From assembly GCA_030704795.1 (NCBI GenBank), contig JAUYCZ010000003.1:2412-66411 (forward strand): 64,000 nucleotides of DNA. Direction: 5' to 3'. The notes beneath the pieces are model-generated. The model saw only the letters and a list, made by a program, of their open reading frames with translations. It was not told where the DNA came from and ran no database searches. The translations under genes and the position numbers were made by a program. This DNA is from a bacterium (GTDB lineage: Bacteria > Patescibacteriota > Minisyncoccia > Minisyncoccales > GWA2-46-15). This document shows positions 40,049-49,779 of this stretch, piece by piece (positions within the stretch are counted from its first letter, which is position 1; each line of letters begins with the position of its first letter).

Positions 40049-40374
40049 TGGAGGCGCCGAGAATTGCACCCGGGTCCAGGAAATTTTCCCAAAGGAAGAC
40101 TACAAGCTTAGCCTAATTTTTCTTTGAAGCAGGAAAGACCATTAGGCTGGTTTTCCCGCCAATCTTGGCTTTCGCCAGAAAAGAACACTTTTCTCGATCA
40201 AAAATGACACCTAGAATGACCTATCGAGATTGAGTCGTCCCAGATGCTGCTCTAAGCGTAGGCTAGAGCAGGAGAACTGAATGAATTGGCACTTGTTTTT
40301 TGCAAGTTTTAACGAGGTCTTGCGCCTCGGCTTGCCTTTCTTGGGGCAGATTTCTGTCGAAGCTTTTCGCCCCC
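40049..40374 (-). ncRNA. ssrA: tmRNA (SsrA), about 326 nt, CCA not encoded
   Basis: 5' end GGGGGCGAAAAGCTTCGACAG and 3' end GGACCCGGGTGCAATTCTCGGCGCCTCCA. Acceptor stem GGGGGCG/CGCCTCC includes the G3:U pair. Tag ORF GCC AAT TCA TTC AGT TCT CCT GCT CTA GCC TAC GCT TAG (40252-40290) encodes ANSFSSPALAYA. Adjacent to smpB. Confidence 0.88.
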
Positions 40375-40417
40375 AATTTTGCTTACCTTTTTACGAAGTA
40401 AAAAGGCTAAGCTTCGC

Positions 40418-40858
40418 TTACCCTAGCACATCTTTGATCTCGCGCTTGACATCTCGCTTTCTGATAACCTCTCTCCGATCGATCCTTTTAATGGGTTTGG
40501 CGAGGGCAAACTCCAGCTTGATCTTCTCGTCGTTAGTATATAGTTTTAAAGGCACAAATGTCAATCCTTTCTGAGAAATTCTACCCCGGAGATAAAAGAT
40601 TTCTTTCTTCCTTAAAAGAAGCTTCCGGTCCTTTTCCGGGAGATAGCCCGCCGGAGCATTCTTGGGTTGATAGGCGGGAATATGGCCGCCCACCAGACAG
40701 AACTCATCGCCTCGGGCGACGACATAGCTTCCGACCAGACTGGCCCGACCCAACTTGATTGATTTTACTTCCGTACCCAAAAGCACGATTCCGGCTTCGA
40801 ATTTTTCCAGAATCTCATAGTTGAAAGAGGCTTTGCGATTTTCCGTAAAAACACGCAT
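40418..40858 (-). CDS. smpB: SsrA-binding protein SmpB
   Basis: MRVFTENRKASFNYEILEKFEAGIVLLGTEVKSIK... Confidence 0.9.
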   Translation of the reverse strand: MRVFTENRKASFNYEILEKFEAGIVLLGTEVKSIKLGRASLVGSYVVARGDEFCLVGGHIPAYQPKNAPAGYLPEKDRKLLLRKKEIFYLRGRISQKGLTFVPLKLYTNDEKIKLEFALAKPIKRIDRREVIRKRDVKREIKDVLG

Positions 40859-40899
40859 ATATGGGTATTCTAACAGAATTGTGTTAAAGTTAAAACGAA

Positions 40900-42471
40900 A
40901 TGATTCGTCACGAACTGCAAAAACTTATTTTAACGGCGCTCAAAGAAGAAAATTTCACTCGGGGAGTATCTCTTAGTATTCCTCTAACCGCGGCCCATGG
41001 CGATTATGCCACGAGTCTGGCCTTATCTTTGGCGAAAAAGACCAGACAGGATCCTTTAGAGGTGGCTCAGAGACTTCGGTCTCAAATTCTTAAATTTAAA
41101 CCAACGACGGGTTTTCTGGAAAAGATCGAAGTGGCTCCGCCCGGTTTTATCAATTTCTTTTTGTCTCCGAGCTGTCTCCAAAAAGAAGTCGAGCAGATCT
41201 TAAAAGAAAAAGAAAGATACGGCAGCTTGAAAACGGGTCGGAGTCAGAAAGTTCAAATCGAGTTTATTTCGGCCAACCCGACCGGCCCCCTGACTGTGGG
41301 CAATGCTCGGGGCGGCTTCTGGGGAGACGTTCTGGGAAACGTGCTCCAGCGCGTCGGTTTTAAGGTTGAGAAGGCCTATTATATCAATGACTATGGCATG
41401 CAGGTCCTAACCCTAGGGCACTCGGTCTTGAAAGACGACCAGGCCAAATACAAAGGAGATTACATTGATTGGTTGAATCAGAAGATCGAAGAGAAAGATC
41501 CTTACCGGGCCGGAGAAATGGCCGCTCGGCTGATTATTGATGAATTGATCAAAAAGACCGTGACGAAAATGGGAATTAAATACGACGAATGGATTTCAGA
41601 AACCTGGCTGCACCAATCGAAGAGGGTTGAAAAGGCGCTCGCCCTTTTGAAAAAGAAGAACTTGGTTTATGAAAAAGATGGCGCTTCGTGGTTTAAGTCT
41701 TCCCAATTTGGCGATCAAAGAGACCGGGTGATCATTAAAAAAGACGACTGGAAGACTTATCTGGCCGGCGATGCTGGCCTCCATTTTTACAAGTTTACCG
41801 AAAAGAAATTTACCAAGGTGATTAATATTTGGGGGGCGGATCATTATGGCGATGTTCCAGGTCTGCAGGCCGTGGTTGAGGCCCTGGGTCATAAAGGAAA
41901 ATTGGAAATTATCCTTCTTCAATTTGTCACCTTGATTGAAAAGGGCAAAGAATTAAAGATGTCCAAGAGGTCCGGGGTCTATGTGACCATGGACGAATTA
42001 CTTAGAATGGTGGGATTAGACGTGGCCCGGTTTTTCTTTCTACAGAAGTCAGCCGATACTCATTTAAACTTTGACGTAGATTTGGCCAGAGAACAATCAG
42101 AGAAAAATCCGGTCTATTACGTTCAGTACGCCCAGGCGCGGATCTGCAGTATTTTAAGAAAGACCAAAGCCCAGAAACTTGTTCCGAAACATCTAAGACT
42201 ATTAAATCATTCGGCGGAACTGGCTCTGATCAAACAATTGGCTCGCTTGCCCGAAATAGTCCAGGACACGAGCCAGGATTATCAGGTCCAAAGGCTGCCT
42301 CAGTATGCTTTGGATTTGGCCGCCAGCTTTCACCACTTTTATCGAGATTGCCGGGTCATTGAGCAAGATCATGATTTAACTCAAGCCAGACTGTCTTTGA
42401 TCCTCGCCGCCCAGACGGTTCTTAAAAATACCCTTGACTTGATGGGCATCTCGGCTCCAGAAAAAATGTAG
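40900..42471 (+). CDS. argS: Arginyl-tRNA synthetase
   Basis: SANPTGPLTVGNARG (HIGH-equivalent), MSKRSG, C-terminal anticodon-binding region. Confidence 0.9.
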   Translation: MIRHELQKLILTALKEENFTRGVSLSIPLTAAHGDYATSLALSLAKKTRQDPLEVAQRLRSQILKFKPTTGFLEKIEVAPPGFINFFLSPSCLQKEVEQILKEKERYGSLKTGRSQKVQIEFISANPTGPLTVGNARGGFWGDVLGNVLQRVGFKVEKAYYINDYGMQVLTLGHSVLKDDQAKYKGDYIDWLNQKIEEKDPYRAGEMAARLIIDELIKKTVTKMGIKYDEWISETWLHQSKRVEKALALLKKKNLVYEKDGASWFKSSQFGDQRDRVIIKKDDWKTYLAGDAGLHFYKFTEKKFTKVINIWGADHYGDVPGLQAVVEALGHKGKLEIILLQFVTLIEKGKELKMSKRSGVYVTMDELLRMVGLDVARFFFLQKSADTHLNFDVDLAREQSEKNPVYYVQYAQARICSILRKTKAQKLVPKHLRLLNHSAELALIKQLARLPEIVQDTSQDYQVQRLPQYALDLAASFHHFYRDCRVIEQDHDLTQARLSLILAAQTVLKNTLDLMGISAPEKM

Positions 42472-42550
42472 CGTGACATATCAGACAGACGGTCGTTAGT
42501 ATTATTGTGCCAAGAGGCGGATATAGTCGTCCGTTTTTGGTTTCCTGTGG

Positions 42551-42579
42551 TTGAAAAAACAACGGGAAAGTGATAGTTT
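42551..42579 (+). promoter_or_regulatory. Promoter TTGAAA-17-(TGa)TAGTTT ending 5 nt before the ATG
   Basis: TTGAAA 42551-42556, TGATAGTTT 42571-42579, ATG at 42585. Confidence 0.4.
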
Positions 42580-42584
42580 AAAGG

Positions 42585-43154
42585 ATGCGTTTAAAAAATC
42601 ACTATTGGTTTTTACGACACGGTCAAACGACCTGGCATCACCCGGATTTGTCTTACCCCGCCGATAACCTGACCTCGGTCCGGTTGAGCCCAGAGGGGAG
42701 AAGACAAATCGAAAGCGCCGCTCAAATTCTTAAACAAAGGGGGATTAACCTTATCTTTTCTTCAGACTATCTCCGGACCAGGCAGACGGCCGGCATCGTT
42801 TCCCGAGTCCTTAAGATAAAACCGATTCTTGATAAAAAACTTCGGGACGTTAAATTAGGCCGTTATTACGGCCGGCCAAAGGCAGAATACTATCGCGACC
42901 TACCCTTAAAAACCAGATTTCAAAAGAATCCTAAGGGCGGCGAGAGCTGGAATGATTTGAAAAAGAGAGTGGTTCGTTTTCTTAAGGAAACGGAAAAGAA
43001 GTACCGGGGCAAGAAAATCTTGATCGTTGGCCACGGCGATCCCTTGTGGCTTCTCAATGGCGTCATGAAGAACCTAAGCCAGAAAGAATTGCTTAATATT
43101 ATCCGGATTAAAAAAGAATATATCCAAAAAGGAGAATTAAAAGAAATCAATTAA
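42585..43154 (+). CDS. Histidine phosphatase (phosphoglycerate mutase-like) family protein
   Basis: RHGQTTW catalytic motif, LIVGHGD. Confidence 0.75.
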   Translation: MRLKNHYWFLRHGQTTWHHPDLSYPADNLTSVRLSPEGRRQIESAAQILKQRGINLIFSSDYLRTRQTAGIVSRVLKIKPILDKKLRDVKLGRYYGRPKAEYYRDLPLKTRFQKNPKGGESWNDLKKRVVRFLKETEKKYRGKKILIVGHGDPLWLLNGVMKNLSQKELLNIIRIKKEYIQKGELKEIN

Positions 43155-43162
43155 AACCTTGT

Positions 43163-46063
43163 ATGGCGGAGATTAATTTTCCCGAAAACGAAGAAAAAAT
43201 ACTGAAGTTCTGGAAGGAGAACAAGATTTTTGAGAAATCGATGGAAAACCGTCCCGCCGATAACCCGGCTTCCTTTTATGACGGGCCGCCTTTTGTGACG
43301 GGCGTGCCTCATTACGGCCATCTTTTGGGCAGCATCGCCAAGGACATCATTCCCCGCTATCTGACGATGAAAGGCAAAAGGGTCAGGCGGGTCTGGGGTT
43401 GGGACTGTCACGGCTTGCCGATTGAGAATAAAGTGGAAGAGAAACTGGGTCTAAAGAACCGCCGCGATATCGAGAAGATCGGTCTTTTAAAATTCATCAA
43501 TCAATGTCAGGAATACGTTTCTCAGACTTCGGCCGAATGGAATTGGTACATTGACCGCATTGGCCGCTGGGTCGATATGGAACACGCCTACCGAACCATG
43601 GATTTGTCTTACATGGAGTCCGTCATCTGGGCCTTTAAAAAACTCTATGACCAGGGCCTGATCTATAAAGGGATGCGCATTTCTCTCTTCTGTCCCAGAT
43701 GTTCGACGCCGGTTTCCAATTTTGAGATTGCCATGGATAATTCCTATGCCGACCGGAAAGATACGGCCATCACCATGAAATTCAAGGTCATCGACCCGGA
43801 TTTTCTTAAAAAATACCACCTAGGGAAACCCATCTATCTTTTAGCCTGGACGACGACGCCCTGGAGTTGCGTCAGCGTCATGGGGTTGGCCCTGGGAGAA
43901 AACTTCAACTACCAGCTGATCGACGCCGGCGAAGAAGGCTATATCATGGCCACCAAAAGAGTGGCCGAGATCATGGTCGGCAGAGAATACCAGGTTAGGG
44001 CCGACTTACGCGGCCAAGATATTCTGGGCTTGCGCTATGAGCACCTCTACGATTATTACCAGGACCAGTTTAATGATTTTAGGACCTATCCCGCCGATTA
44101 TGTCTCCGAAGAAGACGGGACCGGGATCGTGACCATCAATGGCGCTTTTGGCGATGTCGATATGGATTCGAGCCAGAAATACAACTTGCCCATCATCGTT
44201 AACGTTGACGAAGAGGGTAAATTTACTCCCGAAGTGACAGTCGCCGCCGGTCTCTATATTAAGGAAGCCGAAAAGCCAATTATCGCCGATCTAAAGCAGC
44301 GCCGCCTCCTCTTTAAAGAAGAGGAGATCGTTCACTCCTATCCTTTTTGTTACCGCTGTGAAACGCCTTTGATCTACCGGGCTCAAGATAGCTGGTTTAT
44401 TAATATTCAAAAGATAAAACCGCAACTCTTGGAGAAGAACCAAAAGATTCATTGGGTGCCCGAGCATTTTAAAGACGGTCGTTTTGCCGAGGGCATTAAA
44501 ACCGCGCCGGATTGGTGCATTTCTCGAACCCGTTATTGGGCGACTCCTATGCCCATTTGGGAGTGCAAGGGGTGCGGCCAAAGAGAAGTTTTTGGGTCAA
44601 TCGCCGAGATTGAAAAAAGAAGCGGCCAAAAAGTAAAAGATCTTCACCGTCCCTTTATCGACGAAATCGCTTTTCCCTGTACCCAGTGCGCTGGCCCGAT
44701 GAAGAGAGTCAAAGAAGTTCTTGATTGCTGGCTGGAATCAGGCTCCATGCCCTACGCGGAAAGGCATTATCCCTTTGAGAATAAGGAAGATTTCGAGAGA
44801 AGTTTTCCGGCCGACTACATCTCTGAATACTCAGGTCAGGTCCGGGCCTGGTTTTATGTTCTTCACGTTCTCTCCACCGCTCTTTTTAACTCAAACTCTT
44901 TTAAGAATGTGGTGGTTTCCGGCGTCATCATGGGGAATGATGGCCGGAAGATGAGTAAATCCTTCCATAACTATCCCGATCCCCGGGCCGTCATTGAAAA
45001 GTATGGCGGTGATGCTCTGAGGCTTTATCTGATGGGCAGTCCCACCATGGCCGGACAAGATATGAACATTTCCGAGGAGGGCGTTAAAGAACAGGTGAGG
45101 AAGATTCTTTTGATCTTCTGGAATTGCTACAACTATTTCCAAACCTTTGCCAGTTTCCATCACTTTGATCCGAAAAAAGACCTGGATACTTCGGCGGTTG
45201 ATGTTTTAGATCTTTGGATTCTGAGCCGGAGTCAGAATTTTCTTAGGGGTTTTACCCTTCTCTTGGATGATTATCATATCCCCGAGGCGGTCAGGCTTCT
45301 GCCGGAGTTCTTGGATGATCTGTCGCGCTGGTATATTCGCCGCGGTCGGGAAAGGTTAAAGAACGGCGACCCCAAAGCCTTGAGCACGCTTTACCGGGTT
45401 TTGGTTTTATTCACCAAGACGACGGCTCCCTTGATTCCGTTTCTCACCGAGAAGGTTTATAAAGAGATGGTCAACGAAAAAGAGTCGGTTCACCTGGAAG
45501 ACTGGCCGGAACTTCAAGAAAAACTGATTAATGAAGAACTCGAGGAAAAGATGAGTCTGGTCAGAGAGATGGCGAACTCGGGCCTGGCCGCAAGAGCCAA
45601 GGCCGGAATCAAGATCCGGCAGCCCTTGTCGGTTCTGACCGTCAGCTTGAAGACGGTCAGAAACGAGAGACTAAGAAACGATCAGGACCTACTAAATCTG
45701 ATCAAAGAAGAAGTCAATGTTAAAGAGATTATTTTTGACCGTCGGCTTGAAGACGAAATCAAGCTCGAGCTTGAAGTTAGTTCGGAGCTGAAGCAAGAAG
45801 GAGACCTAAGGGAAGTCATTCGGCAGATTCAAGCCATGCGCAAGTTAGCAGGTTTAAGACCAGGAGATAAAATCGTTATTAGCTATTTCGGTTCAGAGAA
45901 TTATCATTCACTAATCGACAAAAACAAGCCCCTGATTTTAAAAGAAACTTTTGGCCAGTCTTTGCTGATGATTAATCAAAAAGAAACCGGTTTTGATTCA
46001 GAAAAAGAAATGATTTCTGGAGATGGAGAAGGCCGGCTGTGGCTGGCGATAAAAAGAGCCTGA
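43163..46063 (+). CDS. ileS: Isoleucyl-tRNA synthetase
   Basis: PHYGHLL (HIGH), KMSKS, CP1 editing region, 966 aa. Confidence 0.95.
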   Translation: MAEINFPENEEKILKFWKENKIFEKSMENRPADNPASFYDGPPFVTGVPHYGHLLGSIAKDIIPRYLTMKGKRVRRVWGWDCHGLPIENKVEEKLGLKNRRDIEKIGLLKFINQCQEYVSQTSAEWNWYIDRIGRWVDMEHAYRTMDLSYMESVIWAFKKLYDQGLIYKGMRISLFCPRCSTPVSNFEIAMDNSYADRKDTAITMKFKVIDPDFLKKYHLGKPIYLLAWTTTPWSCVSVMGLALGENFNYQLIDAGEEGYIMATKRVAEIMVGREYQVRADLRGQDILGLRYEHLYDYYQDQFNDFRTYPADYVSEEDGTGIVTINGAFGDVDMDSSQKYNLPIIVNVDEEGKFTPEVTVAAGLYIKEAEKPIIADLKQRRLLFKEEEIVHSYPFCYRCETPLIYRAQDSWFINIQKIKPQLLEKNQKIHWVPEHFKDGRFAEGIKTAPDWCISRTRYWATPMPIWECKGCGQREVFGSIAEIEKRSGQKVKDLHRPFIDEIAFPCTQCAGPMKRVKEVLDCWLESGSMPYAERHYPFENKEDFERSFPADYISEYSGQVRAWFYVLHVLSTALFNSNSFKNVVVSGVIMGNDGRKMSKSFHNYPDPRAVIEKYGGDALRLYLMGSPTMAGQDMNISEEGVKEQVRKILLIFWNCYNYFQTFASFHHFDPKKDLDTSAVDVLDLWILSRSQNFLRGFTLLLDDYHIPEAVRLLPEFLDDLSRWYIRRGRERLKNGDPKALSTLYRVLVLFTKTTAPLIPFLTEKVYKEMVNEKESVHLEDWPELQEKLINEELEEKMSLVREMANSGLAARAKAGIKIRQPLSVLTVSLKTVRNERLRNDQDLLNLIKEEVNVKEIIFDRRLEDEIKLELEVSSELKQEGDLREVIRQIQAMRKLAGLRPGDKIVISYFGSENYHSLIDKNKPLILKETFGQSLLMINQKETGFDSEKEMISGDGEGRLWLAIKRA

Positions 46064-46069
46064 GGTTTC

Positions 46070-46798
46070 ATGTTCATTCAACATCGGACACCCGGGTTTA
46101 TTCTGCGAAGTGAGAACAGGAGCGAGTCAGATCAGCTTTTTTGGATTTATACCAAAGATTTCGGTCAGATAACGGTATCGGCCAAGGGGATCCGTAAGCT
46201 GAATTCTAAACTACGGGGTTCAATCCAGATTTTCTATCTGTCCGGGGTTGAGTTTATTCAGGGCCGTTCCCAAAAAATCTTGATTGATGCGGTTCTAATA
46301 GAGAAGTTTCCGGACTTAAGAAAGAATTTTCTGAAACTCCGCTTGGCCTACCGCTTTACCAAAATCTTTTGCAGTTTAGTGAAAAACCAGCAAGCCGACG
46401 AAGATCTCTGGCAATTGCTTTATCGGTTCTTTTCCGAGCTTAATCGGTCAGAGCTTTCTCTGGAGAGGGCCTTGTTCTTTTACTATTTTTTCTTTTGGGA
46501 TTTCTTAAATGTCTTAGGCTATCACCCCGAACTCTACCAGTGCGTTTTTTGCCGGAAAAAGATTGCCTTTAGCCAAACCTTCTGGAAACCTCAGGATGGG
46601 GGATTAGTTTGTCTCAACTGTTTTGAAAAAGCAGCCACGAAACCGCAGAAAGTTAATGCTCAGACGATTAAAGTTTTAAGGCTTTTTCTGACACAGGAAT
46701 GGAAGACAGTTAGATTATTGAAGGCCGACCCCGTCGTTTTTCAGGAATTGAAGATCATCAGCCGAAAATATTTCCATTTTATTCACGAAAAGAAATAG
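46070..46798 (+). CDS. recO: DNA repair protein RecO
   Basis: OB-fold N-terminus, Zn motif CVFCRKK...CLNC, 242 aa. Confidence 0.75.
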   Translation: MFIQHRTPGFILRSENRSESDQLFWIYTKDFGQITVSAKGIRKLNSKLRGSIQIFYLSGVEFIQGRSQKILIDAVLIEKFPDLRKNFLKLRLAYRFTKIFCSLVKNQQADEDLWQLLYRFFSELNRSELSLERALFFYYFFFWDFLNVLGYHPELYQCVFCRKKIAFSQTFWKPQDGGLVCLNCFEKAATKPQKVNAQTIKVLRLFLTQEWKTVRLLKADPVVFQELKIISRKYFHFIHEKK

Positions 46799-46807
46799 TC
46801 AAAATAT

Positions 46808-48457
46808 ATGGGCAAAAGATTCATTTATTCAATTCTCGCCTTCGTTTTAATCCTGGCCGCTTTCGGTTTTTGGTATTTCCAGAGAAATATCTTTTCTAAA
46901 GAGGTTCTAAAACTCGATATTCTGGGACCGGATACCGTCGAAGTCGGCCAAAAAGTTGATTACACTTTAAAGTATAAGAACAACGGCGAGATCACTCTGA
47001 CCAATGCCAAGTTAACCTTTGAATACCCGGAAGAGTCTTTGGTTGAGGAGGGAAAGCGACGGTTCGAAAAAAGCCTGAACGATATCTATCCGGGCGAGGA
47101 AAGAACGATGACTCTTTCCGCCCGGATCCTGGGCCAGGAGAATGAATTAAAGATTGCCAAGGCCTGGTTGGAATTTCAGCCCAAGAATCTCAAAGCTCGT
47201 TATGAGGTCGCGACATCCATGACTTCGGTTATCAAGTTTTCCCCCCTAACTTTTGACCTCGATCTGTCTTCCCGGGTCGAGACAGACAAAGACTTCAGTT
47301 TTTCTTTGAACTACTTTTCTAATATCGATTATCCTCTATCTCAATTGAGGGTAAAGATAGAATATCCCCCGGGGTTTGAATTCGTTAATAGCACGCCTCA
47401 GGCTTTAGAAAAGAATGAATGGTTGGTGGCCAACTTGAACAAGGCCCAGGGCGGCCGGATTAAGGTTTCTGGCCGAATCAAAGGAGACGTGGGAGAACAG
47501 AAAGTTTTTAAGGCTAGCCTCGGACTTTGGCAAGAGGGTAATTTCGTTTTATTGAAAGAGGCGACTAAGGGCGTTGAGATTATCAAGCCGACAATTTATC
47601 TTTCCCAACTGGTTAATAGTTCGCCCGATTATTCGGCCTCCGCCGGCGACTCCCTCCATTATGAAATCTTCTTTAAAAACATTGGCGGATCTTCATTCGA
47701 AAATCTCTTTCTGGTTGTCGGCTTGGATGGTAACTTCTTTGATCTCAACAGTCTTCGGGCTCCGGAGACGACGAATTATCATCAAGGTGATAATTCTTTG
47801 ATTTGGGACTGGAAAAAGAATCCCCAATTGAGATTTTTGGGTGAGGGCGAAGAGGGCAAGGCGGAGTTTTGGATTAATCTGAAAGACGAGTTACCCACAA
47901 CCGAAGCCAACAACAAGAACCTGGTCTTAAAAGACAGCGTCAGTCTGTCTCCGGCCAGAGAAGAGTTTACGGTTAAGGTTAATTCTAAACTGGTCTTAGA
48001 ACAGAAGGGATACTTTTCCGAAGGAACTTTCAATAACTCCGGCTCCTACCCGCCCAAAGTTGACCAGAGGACGACCTTTACCGCGGTCTGGGGATTGAAG
48101 AATTTCTACAACGACCTGAGAAATGTTAAAATTAAAGCAGTTCTGCCCTCGGGAGCGAGCCTCACCGGCCAGCTTTTACCCCGGGAATCAAACTTTCTTT
48201 TTGATTCTCAATCACGCGAGATTGTTTGGGAAGTCGGAGAAGTCAGCGCCGGTTCAACCGGACCCAGCCTTTCTTTTCAGGTGGCGCTGACGCCGAATTC
48301 ATCCCAAATCGGCTCACCAGCCGAAATTGTTGGCTTGGCCACAGTCTTTGGTGATGATTCCTGGACCCAGGAAACGATCACGGGGGCGGCGCCTAGCCTT
48401 AATACCAATTCTTTGAGCGATGCCAATTTTATTCGAGGGCAAGGAATTGTCCAGTAA
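46808..48457 (+). CDS. Membrane-anchored protein with repeated DUF11/CARDB-like beta-sandwich domains
   Basis: N-terminal TM helix. Recurrent pattern G..V.Y.L.YKN.G...L.N..L. Confidence 0.6.
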   Translation: MGKRFIYSILAFVLILAAFGFWYFQRNIFSKEVLKLDILGPDTVEVGQKVDYTLKYKNNGEITLTNAKLTFEYPEESLVEEGKRRFEKSLNDIYPGEERTMTLSARILGQENELKIAKAWLEFQPKNLKARYEVATSMTSVIKFSPLTFDLDLSSRVETDKDFSFSLNYFSNIDYPLSQLRVKIEYPPGFEFVNSTPQALEKNEWLVANLNKAQGGRIKVSGRIKGDVGEQKVFKASLGLWQEGNFVLLKEATKGVEIIKPTIYLSQLVNSSPDYSASAGDSLHYEIFFKNIGGSSFENLFLVVGLDGNFFDLNSLRAPETTNYHQGDNSLIWDWKKNPQLRFLGEGEEGKAEFWINLKDELPTTEANNKNLVLKDSVSLSPAREEFTVKVNSKLVLEQKGYFSEGTFNNSGSYPPKVDQRTTFTAVWGLKNFYNDLRNVKIKAVLPSGASLTGQLLPRESNFLFDSQSREIVWEVGEVSAGSTGPSLSFQVALTPNSSQIGSPAEIVGLATVFGDDSWTQETITGAAPSLNTNSLSDANFIRGQGIVQ

Positions 48458-48458
48458 T

Positions 48459-49775
48459 ATGCCAGACTTAATGCAAAAAATTGTTTCTTTATGCAAACGC
48501 CGGGGCTTCGTTTTCCCGGGGTCTGAGATTTATGGAGGATTGACCGGTACTTGGGATTACGGTCCTTTGGGTTCCCAGCTGAAAAAAAACCTGAAAGATT
48601 GGTGGTGGGAGGATATGGTTTCAAAAAGAGACAATATTGTCGGCGTCGATGCGGCCATCATGATGAATCCCAAGGCCTGGGAGGCTTCCGGACATCTCGA
48701 GGCGTTTTGCGACCCTTTAGTAGAATGCAAGCTTTGCCATTTAAGGTTCCGCGAAGACAAACCCGAAGAAATCAAAGCTCATGAAAAAGAGCATCAAAAG
48801 AAAGACGAGATAGTCGAGTGGACTGAAGCGCAAAAATTCAATCTTTTGGTCAAATCCTATTTAGGCGTGGTTGAGGGCAAGCAGTCGGAAATTTTTCTCC
48901 GTGGAGAAATTACCAATGGCGTTCAGGTGAATTTTAAGAATGTTTTGGATTCTACCCGGATAAAAATACCTTTTGGGGTTGCTCAAATGGGAAAGGCCTT
49001 CCGCAACGAAATCACCCCCGGAAACTTTACTTTCCGCTCAAGGGAATTCGAGCAGATGGAAGTCCAGTTTTACGTCAAACCTGACGGGGAGGAGGCGCAA
49101 AAATGGTTCGAGTATTGGAAAAAAGACCGAATGGATTGGTATATAAAACTGGGGATTAATCCGGAAAAACTGCGCTTTCGCGACCATGCCGACAATGAGA
49201 GAGCGCATTATGCCAAAGCCGCCACTGATATTGAGTATTATGCTCCTTGGGGCTGGGATGAGTTTATGGGCATTCATAACCGGGGGGACTGGGATTTATC
49301 GCGGCACATGAAATTCTCCGGCCAGGACATGCGCTATAGAGATCCGGAAACTAACGAGGAGTATATCCCTTATGATATTGAGACTTCGGCCGGGGTTGAT
49401 CGTTCGCTTTTGTTTGTTTTAATCGATGCCTATTCCGAAGACGGCGAGCGGACAGTTTTAAAACTTCATCCGCGCCTGGCTCCTTATAAAGTTGCGGTTT
49501 TTCCGCTCGTCGCCAACAAACCCGATTTGGTTGAAAAAGCAAGAAAGGTTTACCAGCAGTTAAAGGAAGAGTTATTTTTCGTCGCTTGGGATGACCGGGG
49601 CAATATCGGCAAACGGTATTATTCGCAGGACGAGATTTCAACTCCCTTCTGTGTAACTTGCGATTTTCAAACACTCGAAGACGACACAGTGACCATTCGT
49701 GATCGGGATACGATGCGGCAAGAAAGAATTAAACTCGCCGGTCTAGTCAAGACCTTAAAAGAGAAAATCGCTTAA
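48459..49775 (+). CDS. glyQS: Glycyl-tRNA synthetase (dimeric class II type)
   Basis: Start set to ATG 48459 (MPDLMQKIVSLCKRRGFVFPGSEIYGG). FRNEITPG, REFEQME. Confidence 0.9.
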   Translation: MPDLMQKIVSLCKRRGFVFPGSEIYGGLTGTWDYGPLGSQLKKNLKDWWWEDMVSKRDNIVGVDAAIMMNPKAWEASGHLEAFCDPLVECKLCHLRFREDKPEEIKAHEKEHQKKDEIVEWTEAQKFNLLVKSYLGVVEGKQSEIFLRGEITNGVQVNFKNVLDSTRIKIPFGVAQMGKAFRNEITPGNFTFRSREFEQMEVQFYVKPDGEEAQKWFEYWKKDRMDWYIKLGINPEKLRFRDHADNERAHYAKAATDIEYYAPWGWDEFMGIHNRGDWDLSRHMKFSGQDMRYRDPETNEEYIPYDIETSAGVDRSLLFVLIDAYSEDGERTVLKLHPRLAPYKVAVFPLVANKPDLVEKARKVYQQLKEELFFVAWDDRGNIGKRYYSQDEISTPFCVTCDFQTLEDDTVTIRDRDTMRQERIKLAGLVKTLKEKIA

Positions 49776-49779
49776 ATCA

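Noticed and set aside
40104-40113. AAGCTTAGCC inside the tmRNA as another copy of the dispersed 29-nt repeat
   Set aside because: It is only a 10-nt match, and it forms an internal tmRNA helix (TAGCCTAAT / ATTAGGCTG, 40109-40149), so it is explained by the tmRNA structure.
40281-40574. 97-aa plus-strand ORF in the track
   Set aside because: It lies antisense to the 5' part of the tmRNA and the 3' end of smpB. It has low-complexity sequence and no motifs, and both overlapped features are well supported.
43155-43162. T-box or other leader RNAs upstream of the five aaRS genes
   Set aside because: The spacers before ileS, glyQS, leuS and metG are 0-16 nt, or the genes overlap the upstream gene. 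The ~40-nt argS spacer has no specifier or T-box sequence. There is no room for about 200-nt T-box leaders.
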